From: Octopus sinensis
Lineage: Eukaryota
DNA length: 64,000 nucleotides
Direction: 5' to 3'
Assembly: GCF_006345805.1 (NCBI RefSeq)
Contig: NC_043001.1
Location: forward strand, 64,356,001-64,420,000
Shown here: piece by piece, positions 52,138 through 61,981 of the stretch
How positions within the stretch are numbered: the stretch's first letter is position 1
Layout: each line of letters begins with the position of its first letter
The notes under the pieces: generated by a model
Database searches by the model: none
What the model saw: only the letters and a program-made list of their open reading frames with translations
What the model was told of the DNA's origin: nothing
Program-made: the position numbers and the translations under genes

Positions 52138-52381
52138 GTAATCACCGGTTTTTGATTAGATTTATCTTTATTATAGGCACGATGGCCTGAATTAAGAGGG
52201 GACATTATAAAACAGGACGTGGGGTACATAAATTAAAAAAATCGAAAAATATGAAGTGAAATGAATATTTATAATGGATTAGATGGAACGGCTTACGAGC
52301 CCCCCAAAACTCGCAGTTTCATTTAAAATACAATTTTACAATTTTCAATTTTACAATTTTACAATTACATATACAATTCTG

Positions 52382-53704
52382 CTACGTCGGGCGTTCATCT
52401 GTAATGTATTCTATTAAATGCTTTCGGTCTACAACAGCTGGTAAAATGTCATAACGTATATAATACAATTCATATACAGCGAAAAACACACTTTTCAATT
52501 TCATCAATGTCTCTTTCTCTACGACCGCCGACTTCACTTGGTCATCAATTTTTGGGTTCAACCTAACCCTGATTAAATCTTTCTTACCTGCCAGCCTCTT
52601 TTCGATTTCTTTGTTTTTCATATACAATATTACCACTTTAAGATTTTTTCCTTCGGGTCTTCCTCCTTCGTTACATAGATTTAACTGCTTTTCCACTCTT
52701 CTATCCCATTCTTCCTCCGCTGTTAATTTTGCCGGTTCACTTGCTTTCGCTTCTGCATCTCTCTCTTCGCACGTTCGATCTTCCATTTCGTCTGTTGTCT
52801 TTTTTTTGTTTTTTTTCTTTTTTTGAACTTTAGGTGGTGATTCCACCCTCGTTCTCTTTCTATCTTCTGTTCTTTCCTTTTCTTCACCACTTTCCACATC
52901 CTCTGCATTCACACATTCCTCCTCCACATCCGCCATTTGCAACTCCTCCGTCCGAGCCTCCAATGCTATCGTCTCCTCTTGTACTCTTTTTCTCAGACAC
53001 ACATCCTTTATGTGGCCTCTAATTTTATATATGTAACACACTGGGGGTCTCCCCTCCACCACGACTCTGAGATGTGTCTCGTCGGGGAACACCAACTCCT
53101 CCGGGATGTTATACAGGTCAGGCATGGTAATGTGGACTAAAGCCTGCACCGCATAACCCCACCACTTTACTTCTTTTGACCTTTCCACTTTCAATATATC
53201 AACGCCTTCCTTGCAGTTGAATACCACTGCCGCTAGAATTCTTTCCATATTCAGCTCCGGCGAAATCTTACTGATTCGTATCCTTACTGCCCTTTTTCCG
53301 CAATAACTTGGTAATAACACCCATCTTTCTGTTTTCAAAATTTTCGTTGCATTCCTTTTCGCTTCGTCTTCGTTTTTAAATTGCACGACCACTGTTGTGA
53401 ATTTTCTACCCCTGTTGTAGTAGGTAGCTTCTCCTTCAATTCCATCCAGACAGTACTCAATTTCCTCTATCGGTGCCACTTCTATTTTCTTTGAAGCCAC
53501 GCTCCACGTTCTGTATGTTATGATACGTTTCTCTGCGTCTTTCGATTCTTCTTCAGGTGGTGTGACCCTCACACAGTCACCTTCTCTCTTCAAGCTGTCA
53601 AAATAATTCTTCAAAATCTCCTTCTCGACGGTAACTTCCTCCAACTGTAGTTTGCTCACAGCCAGGCCCCTGCCTGCTGCTCCCGCATACGTTTGGGTTT
53701 GCAT
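52382..53704 (-). CDS. 440-aa LINE ORF1/Gag-like nucleic-acid-binding protein, unit 2 (open frame)
   Basis: Uninterrupted ATG-to-stop frame: RRM-like region (VVVQF...LLPSYCGKRAVRIRI), RVVVEGRPPVC knuckle region (CYIYKIRGHIKDVC, second Cys lost), basic/acidic linker and a ~100-aa C-terminal domain. The resemblance to L1/Tx1 ORF1 is from memory, not from a search. Confidence 0.75.
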   Translation of the reverse strand: MQTQTYAGAAGRGLAVSKLQLEEVTVEKEILKNYFDSLKREGDCVRVTPPEEESKDAEKRIITYRTWSVASKKIEVAPIEEIEYCLDGIEGEATYYNRGRKFTTVVVQFKNEDEAKRNATKILKTERWVLLPSYCGKRAVRIRISKISPELNMERILAAVVFNCKEGVDILKVERSKEVKWWGYAVQALVHITMPDLYNIPEELVFPDETHLRVVVEGRPPVCYIYKIRGHIKDVCLRKRVQEETIALEARTEELQMADVEEECVNAEDVESGEEKERTEDRKRTRVESPPKVQKKKKNKKKTTDEMEDRTCEERDAEAKASEPAKLTAEEEWDRRVEKQLNLCNEGGRPEGKNLKVVILYMKNKEIEKRLAGKKDLIRVRLNPKIDDQVKSAVVEKETLMKLKSVFFAVYELYYIRYDILPAVVDRKHLIEYITDERPT

Positions 53705-54135
53705 TCTTGAGAAAAAATCTCAAAAAAATTTAAAACGCCGCAATCGCTTCCGCCAATGAACTCGATCTCGCAACCGCAACACAACAATAACGTAATCAAA
53801 ATTAACCGACACCAAAAAACAGCGACACACCAATAACGTAATCAAAAATTCCGACACCAAAACAAAAAAGGTTTTCGATTGGAGAGACCTGTTTGCGAAT
53901 ATTTATTTAATGTTTTTCCCAGCAACCACTGTCACTGATTTCGAAAAACTGTCCGAAAGCATTAATAAATCTCCGAACGAGATGTAAACAGTAACCGCTC
54001 GACAACGTAAAGTGTACTAGCCATCTCAATGTGGCTAGCCACTGGGGGTGGGTGTTACTGAAGCTTTCTTGTTCGGAGATTTATTAATGCTTTCAGACAG
54101 TTTTTCGAAATCAGTGACAGTGGTTGCTGGTAAAA

Positions 54136-54166
<31 letters not shown>

Positions 54167-54399
54167 TGCATATACACTAATGTGCAAATTCACACATACA
54201 TTTAGTCTTGGGTTGAAGTTCCAGATTCAGTAATATAGCGAATAAAGGGTTCAACGTTGGTTCTATGTCAGCGTGTGTATATAAGAAGTTTTTGCATAAT
54301 AAGATAAAAAACCAAGGCTGTATAGATATTAGAGCACTTATGGTCCTTCAGTTTTTCTAAGCTTTGTAAGAGAACTCAGAAGGCTGCTTGGAACTTTAC

Positions 54400-56325
54400 A
54401 GCATTCCCCTCGTTCATGGGCGAGTTCTACCATCAGATCTCGAGAGTGGCCATGGGAACGCGAATGGGCCCCAACTATGCGAACCTGTTCGTTGGCTATG
54501 TTGAGGCCCAAATATTCTCTAATTTCACTGGTCCCACTCCTGAACTATACGGTTGTTACGTTGACGACATTATCAGTGCCACCTCACTCTCCCGTGAACA
54601 TCTAGATTCCTTCCTCTCTTTTGTTCAATCTTTCCATCCAGCCCTCCACTTCACCTCCACTATCTCCAACACCTCTGTCTCCTTCCTCGACATTTCGGTC
54701 AGCATTCTTCACTCCACTCTTACCACCTCCATACACTACAAACACACAGACTAACACTCATACCTCAACTTCTCTTCCTCCCACCCAGAACACACCAAGC
54801 TTTCCATCCCCTATTCCCAATTCCTCTGTCTACGTAGGCTCTGTAGTGACGACCATGACTTTGAGACTCAGTCTCAACGTATGGCTCACCACTTCATCCT
54901 ACGTGGATACCCCCTCACCACTATCCACACCGCCCTTGCCAGAGCACGGTCCGTGGACCGTGTATCTGCTCTCTCTCCCCGAACCCGCCCTGTAGTCTCC
55001 CGCCTCCCTTTTCCCCTCACTTACCACCCCACGACCCTACCTCTCCAACGCACCATTCTTCGAGCTTTCCGGCATCTTCAGTCCAACCCGTCCACTTCAC
55101 ACCTCTTCCCTAATCGACCCCTCCCCTCTTTCAAACGAGCCCATAACCTACGAGACCTTTTGGTCCATAGCTCCTTCCCTGACCCTACCTCCCAACCTGG
55201 CTCATTCCCCTGCTCCCGCCCACGTTGCCGCACTTGCCCTTACCTCTCCAACACCACCCTCCTCACTGGCACTCATCATCGACCCTATCACATTCGCAAC
55301 TCCTTCACCTGCACCTCCAGCAATATCATCTATTGCGTCTCTTGCTCTCTCTGCCATTCCCTGTACATCGGACAAACGGGACGCCGCTTGGCTGACCGGT
55401 TCGCGGAACACCTCCTTGACATCCGCCTTGCCAATGACACACCGGTCTCACGCCATTTCCGCTCCACCGGTCACTCCTTGCAACACCTGTCTGTGTTCGG
55501 TTTGTCCTTGCATAGAGGCCATCGGATACCTGTTTGCGCCGTGAACAGGAATTAATCTTCTCTCTTCGCTCTTTTATGCCATTTGGTCTCAACTCTCCCC
55601 CTCCTCATCTAACCCCCCTCTCCCCCTCCTCATCTAACCTCCACCCGACCCCTACTTCTCTTCAGTCCTTCATCCTTTCACCCCTACTCCTCTTCCCTTC
55701 TTCCCTTTTTCTTCTTCCCTCTTCCCCTTCCCTCTCTCTCTCTCCCCCTCCCCCTCTATCCTCCCTCCTCCTCTCCCCTCCTCTTCTCCTCTCCTTCCTT
55801 CTCCCCTTCCCCTCCTCTTCTCCTCTTTCCTTCTCCCCCTCCCCCTCCCCCTCATCTCCTCTCTCTACACGATACCATACGACTTTACACATCACCCCTC
55901 CTCCTCCCCTCTCCCCCTCATCTCCTCTTTCTACACTACACCATACGACTTTACACATCACATCATATATACATACACACGTCCAGACCTCTCATACACA
56001 CACACTCTTATGTTGGGGCGAGGTCATTTAACCCTATTATCTCCCCTAATTTCACTCTTGCGTCTCACGTTTGATCTTTGACTTCTGGTCGAAATCAGAT
56101 CGCCATGTTGATTCGCTAGCTTCTGCACGCATTTTTTCTCTCTCCTTGTTTCTTTCTGTGTTTCTTTTCTGTGTATCTTTCTGTTGAAGAGCGTAGGCTC
56201 GAAACGTAAAAGACTTGTTTTATTTATATTCCTGAGCGCCATACTAATACAATTGTTTGTTTGTATTCCACCTGCCTTCGTCTTTTGTCTATTTTCATAA
56301 AGCTTCCTGTTATATATATATATAT
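54400..56325 (+). mobile_element. 5'-truncated Penelope-like element (RT + GIY-YIG + tail), defective
   Basis: VAMGTRMGPNYANLF, YVDD, SFLDI, YKHTD* (stop at 54752); C..PRC.TC, YCVSCSLCHSLYIGQTGRRLADRFAEH; CT-rich spacer; tail ending at (TA)n. Confidence 0.92.
56176..56213 (+). ncRNA. Minimal hammerhead-like motif (A6U variant) in the Penelope tail
   Basis: UCUUU-CUGUUGA-A-GAGC(GUAG)GCUC-GAAA-CG-UA^-AAAGA, with a palindromic ACGU stem III. Confidence 0.55.
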
Positions 56326-57227
56326 ATGGTTGGCGGCCTTCTGAGTTCTCTTACAAAGCTTAGAAAAACTGAAGGACCATTGCAATAAGTGTGTGAATCT
56401 GAGAAGGGGAATATGTTGAATAAAATCATAATTAACTGATCCTCTTGTATTTTCTTTTCCCCATAGCCAGAGACTTTTCAGCACCCCCTGATCATATATC
56501 ATATCGTATTTTTTATTATTTATTTATTTTCATTCTCTCTCTGGCTTTCATTCATTTATCTAATTATTTTCCCCCTCAAATATAGTATTCAAACTACTTG
56601 CTTCGATTTTCTCTCTCTCTCTCCCCTCGTGTCCCTGACTTCCCCCCCCCACACAAATCCCTAATTTCCTTATAAGACAGTGGGCGATCGTATTTCCTCC
56701 TCATTTACTCGCTTCACCTCCAGAGAAAACACGGATTTTCAAAAATGGCCAGCTATGTACTTAACTTACAACCTGCTGCCTTCATATTTTTAAGCGTTTG
56801 TTTAGATACCTTGATCTGTTCCCCTTTCGTTTCTCTATCTCTAAAACATGGCGTCTTCATGCATTTTTAAAGTTTATCTTTTCTTTCAGCACCATCTTCA
56901 TTGTTTATTCCATTCTCCTTATGCCCCCTCGTATCATATATCATATCGTATTTTTTATTATTTATTTATTTTCATTCTCTTTCTGGCTTTCATTCATTTA
57001 TCTAATTATTTTTCCCCTCAAATATAGTATTCAAACTAGTTGCCGATTTTCTCGACCGCCCTCCCACACCCTCCACCAATACCGGAAGTTTCTACCCAAA
57101 TACCAGAAGTTCTACCCCTGCCTTACTTAACTACCCCTCTCCCCCACTAGCACCTATGTAGGGTTTATCTGATCATATAGCGCAAAAAATTGTGAAATGT
57201 ATGCAGGTTGTAGTCTAGTGTTTCCAT

Positions 57228-60200
57228 ATGAAATCTGCCAAATGCAAGCTTTCTTTTCAGGTACATGACATGGCTGTCCCTCATCCCAGGGTCTCAGATG
57301 CCCACACCTCCCACACACTCAGAGTTGGCACACTCAATGTTGGCACATTGAAAGGTAGGTCTGGAGAGATTGTAGAGCTGCTTGAACGGAGACGTGTAGA
57401 TGTATGCTGTATCCAGGAAGTAAGGTGGAGAGGAGGTTCCGCTAGGCTCCTCACAGGCAAGGAACACAGGTACAAGATTTTCTGGGCAGGGAACACTGAC
57501 GGGGTCGGGGGCGTGGGTATACTTCTTGCGGAGAAATGGGTAGGTAAGGTAATCGAGGTAGTCAGAGTAAGTGACAGAGTAATTAAAATTAGATTAGTCC
57601 TTCACCATAGGACAGCTACCATCATCTCGGCATATGCCCCTCAACCAGGGCTACCGGAAGGACAAAAAGACCAATTCTATGACACCCTATTGCGGACTAC
57701 CTCGTTGACAAATGACAGTGACCTTCTCTTCGTGGCAGGTGATTTCAATGGACATGTTGGACGACATGTCGGGGGCTTCCATGGCGTCCATGGAGGCTAC
57801 GGTTTTGGCTCTCGTAATGAGGAAGGAACCAGGCTGCTGGAGTTCTGCGATGCAAATGACCTTATGGTCTGCAATACCAACTTCAGGAAACCCACCTCTC
57901 ACCTAGTCACCTACCGTTCTGGCAGACACACCAGCCAGATTGACTACATCCTTGCCAGAAAAAGGGAAAGAGGGCTGATTATAAATGCCAAAACCTTTCC
58001 AGGCGAAGAATGTACTCCTCAACATAGATTAGTAGTTAGTGACATCAGGGTCAGAGCTAAATGGTTGCCCAGAAGAAGACCAGCTTGGAGGAGAAGGGTC
58101 TGGAAGCTTAAAGATCCTGCAAATGGACAGAGATTTAGAGACATACTACTCGAAGCCTTTGACGACATAGAAGGGGATATAGCTTCACTTAACGTGGAAG
58201 ACAACTGGAGATTCCTACGAGACAATCTGCTGACAGCTACTGAACAGATCTGTGGATGGAGCAAAGTACCATCTCGACCCAGAGTAACATGGTGGTGGAA
58301 CACCGTGGTTGACAGGGCTATTAGACAAAAGAGACAGGCTTGGAAGGACTGGAAGAACGGTGGTAGCAGGGAATTGTATCAGACAGCCAGAAGGGAAGCT
58401 AGGAGACAGGTTTATTTAGCCAGAGGGGAAGCGGATAAGAAAAAATTTGCCAATGTTCTGAGCCGTGAGGATGAAAGACTTGAGGTATTTCGTGTTGCAA
58501 GACAGTGTGTGAGAGAGAATCGTGATGTGGTAGGAGAGAAGTGTGTTCGCATGGATGATGGTTCACTTGCGCTAAATGAGGATGCAAAGAGAGAGGTTTG
58601 GAGATGCCACTATGAAAGGTTGCTGAATAAAGAAAATGAATGGGATAAAGAGAGTCTGCCGAATGTTGACCCAACAGAGGGACCAGCTATCCGAGTTGAT
58701 AGTTCCGTGGTAGCTAAGGCAATTAGAAGCATGAAGACAGGGAAAGCCCCAGGCCCATCAGAATCACTGCAGAGATGCTCAAAATATCTGGCAGTGTCGG
58801 CTATAACCTAGTCACCCGTATAGTCAACCAGGTGATACACGAAGGAGTCATACCCAATGACTGGTGTAGCAGCATACTAGTCAACTGCTACAAAGGTAAG
58901 GTGATGCCCTAGATACAAATAATTACAGAGGTATCAAGCTGTTGGATCAGGTAATGAAGGTTACGGAGAGGGTCATAGCCCAACTAATTAGAGAGAGAGT
59001 TAGTTTAGATGAGATGCAGTTTGGATTCGTGCCAGGGAAAAGCACCACTGATGCTATATTCCTGGTAAGGCAGCTGCAGGAGAAATACCTAGCCGAAGAT
59101 AAGCCCCTGTACCTGGCTTTCGTTGACATGGAGAAAGCCCTTGATAGGGTCCCCCGATCCCTCATCTGGTGGTCAATGAGGAAACTAGGGATAGATGAAT
59201 GGCTGGTGAGGGCTGTGCAAGCCATGTACAGTGATGCCGTAAGTAAGGTTAGGGTTGGCAACATGTACACAGAAGAATTCCGGGTAGAGGTTGGGGTCCA
59301 CCAGGGTTCAGTACTCAGCCCCCTCCTATTTATCATAGTCCTCCAGGCAATTGTGGAGGGATTCAAGACAAGTTGCCCCTGGGAGCTCCTCTATGCTGAC
59401 GACCTCGCTCTAATTGCTGAGTCACTATCAGAACTGGAGGAGAAGTTCCAGGTGTGGAAGGAGAGTTTAGAATCGAGGGGCCTTAGAGTCAACCTAGCTA
59501 AAACCAAAGTACTAATAAGTAGAAAGGTAGACAATCCACAAATATCCTCAGGAAGATGGCCCTGCTCGATCTGTAGAAAAGGTGTAGGTAGAAACTCTAT
59601 AAGATGTACCCAGTGTAAGCTATGGACACGTAAGAGGTGCTGCAATGTCAAAGGTAGGCTAACTGGGAAGATAGTTTTTGTATGTGACAGATGCTCGGGA
59701 GCATTGACCTCCGAAAATCTGCAGAAAACAACTTCCGTCACTTTCCAGGGGGAAAAACTAGAAGTAGTTGCTAGCTTCTGTTATCTAGGTGACCAAGTCA
59801 GTAGTGGGGGTGGGTGCGCTGAAAGTGTAACTGCTAGAATAAGAATAGCCTGGGCAAAGTTTAGGGAGCTCTTACCTCTGCTGGTGACTAAAGGCCTCTC
59901 GCTCAGAGTAAAAGGCAGACTGTATGATGCATGTGTACGAACAGCCATGCTACATGGCAGTGAAACATGGGCCGTGACTGCTGCGGACATGTGTAAGCTC
60001 GTGAGGAATGTAGCCAGTATGCTCCGATGGATGTGTAATGTCAGCGTACTTACTCGACAGAGCGTTAGTACCTTGAGAGAAATGTTGTACCTAAGAAGCA
60101 TCAGTTGTGGTGTGCAAGAGAGACGATTGCACTGGTATGGTCATGTGGCGAGAATGGATGAAGATAGGTGTGTGAGAAAGTGCCAATCCCTAGCAGTTGA

Positions 60201-60980
60201 GGGAACCCATGGAAGAGGTAGACCCAAGAAAACCTGGGACGAGGTGGTGAAGCACGACCTTCGAACGTTAGGTCTCACCATGGAAATGACTAGAGACCGA
60301 GACCTATGGAAGTATGCTGTGCATGAGAAGACCCGGCAAGACTAGTGAAGCCATAACCCGTGGCCCCTACCTGGGACGTAGTCAGTCCACCTGTGCATAC
60401 CTTCCTTCTTGTGACACTTGTGAAGACCTGTTGAGGCAAGTGAAAATCAAATCAAATCAATCAAATCAAATCAAATCAAATCAAACCAAATCAAAATAGA
60501 TGAACATCAATGGAATTTGTATCCTTGTGGTACCGGTGCTGGTGGCACATAAGAAAACCATCCGAGCGTGACCGTAGCCAGTACCGCATCGACTGGCCTC
60601 CGTGCTGAGGGCACGTAACAAACACCATCCGAGCGTGGCCGTTCGCCAGCCTCGTCTGGCACCTGTGTCGGTGGCACATAAAAACACCATCCGAGCGTGG
60701 CCGTCTGCCAGCCTCGTCTGGCACCTGTGTCGGTGACACATAAAAACACCATCCGAGCGTGGCTGTCTGCCAGCCTCGCCTGGCACCTGTGTCGGTGGCA
60801 CATAAAATCACCCACTACACTCTCGGAGTGGTTGGCGTTAGGAAGGGCATCCAGCTGTAGAAACACTGCCAGATCTGACTGGCCTGGTGCAGCCTTCGAG
60901 CTTACCAGACCCCAGTTGAACCGTCGAACCCATGCTAGCATGGAAAGCGGACGTTAAACGATGATGATGATGATGATGAT
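57228..60980 (+). mobile_element. Full-length-looking RTE LINE (APE + RT + PHD insertion), long 3' UTR, (GAT)n tail
   Basis: 527-aa and 467-aa frames joined by two single-base deletions (~58760, ~58900). Motifs: GTLNVGTL, AGDFNGHV, QIDYIL, QFGF, HQGSVLSPLLF, YADD. UTR with (AAATC)n and 62-bp repeats. Confidence 0.95.
60553..60805 (+). repeat. 62-bp tandem repeats in the RTE 3' UTR
   Basis: aaacaccatccgagcgtgg... starts at 60620, 60682 and 60744, with a degenerate copy near 60553. Confidence 0.9.
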
Positions 60981-60983
60981 GAT

Positions 60984-61032
<49 letters not shown>

Positions 61033-61710
61033 ACCCCTGATGTATATATATATATATATATATTAATCCTTTACTCTCTCATTGCTCACACGTGATCATC
61101 CATCTTTTTTTTTCACACGTGTTCATCTTTCTTTTCTTCCAGTCTGTTGCACAGACCAGACGTATTCTTGTCTGTCTCCTCTCCTATCAAAGGATGTTCT
61201 CAGCATTTGCCGCCTTACCCTGTCTGGCTTAGCAGCCCTCGCTATTTGTTTCACTGTCCTGTTTTTGTTACCAACTTTGACCCTCCACAAAATTCCAAAT
61301 TTTATTTTGGTTTGTGGAAGCAGCTGTTTTCTCGAAGTCACATATTGTCGTGAATTGCTCTAAATGTGGAGTAGATAAACAGCTGACAACTGATGAAGGG
61401 TCATTCTTTATGTTACTTGTCTTGTTTTCCATTTGTTTCTCTTCACAAGGAAAAAGGTTGTCTTCGTATTTCATGTTGTTTTTCATGTTTCATGTTTATG
61501 TTTTGTGACATCCTGTACCCATATATGCATATATATATACATATATATGTCAGTATGTACATATATGTATGTATATATGCCTATACATATATTTTATTTA
61601 TATTATTATATGATTGAACGCCATGCATTAATTTCCAGGTATATATATATATATATATATGAAAAAACAAGTCAAAAATAGAAAATGCTAAGATGATTTT
61701 ATAGTGAATC

Positions 61711-61754
61711 TTTCAGTACCGGTTTCAGTCATTTTGAGACCTTTTCAACTGTAA
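61711..61754 (-). ncRNA. Hammerhead motif in the left arm (minus strand)
   Basis: CAG-UUGAAAA-GGUC(UCAAAAU)GACU-GAAA-CCGG-UA^-CUG. The stem II closing pair is G-U. Confidence 0.55.
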
Positions 61755-61981
61755 CGATTAAATAATTAAATTTAGAAAAATAAGAAGAAAAGTTTTTTTA
61801 AAAGAATATTTCTGTAGTAGTGTTCAGATATAAGTAGCATTCTGCCTTTCTCTGACTCCCTTGTTGTGCAAACAAGGGAGTCAGAGAAAGGCAGAATGCT
61901 ACTTATATCTGAACACTACTACAGAAATATTCTTTTAAAAAAACTTTTCTTCTAATTTTTCTAAATTTAATTATTTAATCG

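Larger units (their letters stand above)
49939..54138 (-). mobile_element. Tandem array of ~2-kb hammerhead-containing, ORF1/Gag-only units (two full units, 60 bp of a third, then an inverted 72-bp piece)
   Basis: The marker GTAAAGTGTACTAGCC recurs at 49941, 51929 and 54007 (units of 1988 and 2078 bp). Each full unit has one long ORF and one hammerhead on the minus strand. No RT, endonuclease or integrase. Confidence 0.9.

Noticed and set aside
49939-54138. DIRS/Ngaro, LTR or endogenous-virus identity for the array
   Set aside because: No RT, RNase H, tyrosine recombinase, integrase, PBS or PPT within the units.
55534-56031. Pro/Ser-rich and Arg/Glu/Gly-rich ORFs on both strands
   Set aside because: Translations of CT-rich low-complexity DNA in the Penelope 3' region.
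60620-60805. CRISPR-like or HDV-ribozyme-like reading of the 62-bp repeats
   Set aside because: There are no unique spacers. CCA-UCCGAGCG-UGG resembles HDV P3/L3, but no P1 partner or P1.1 GG follows.
61384-61425. Hammerhead-like GACAA-CTGATGA...TTGTC
   Set aside because: The core start and stem I are present but the GAAA half of the core is absent.
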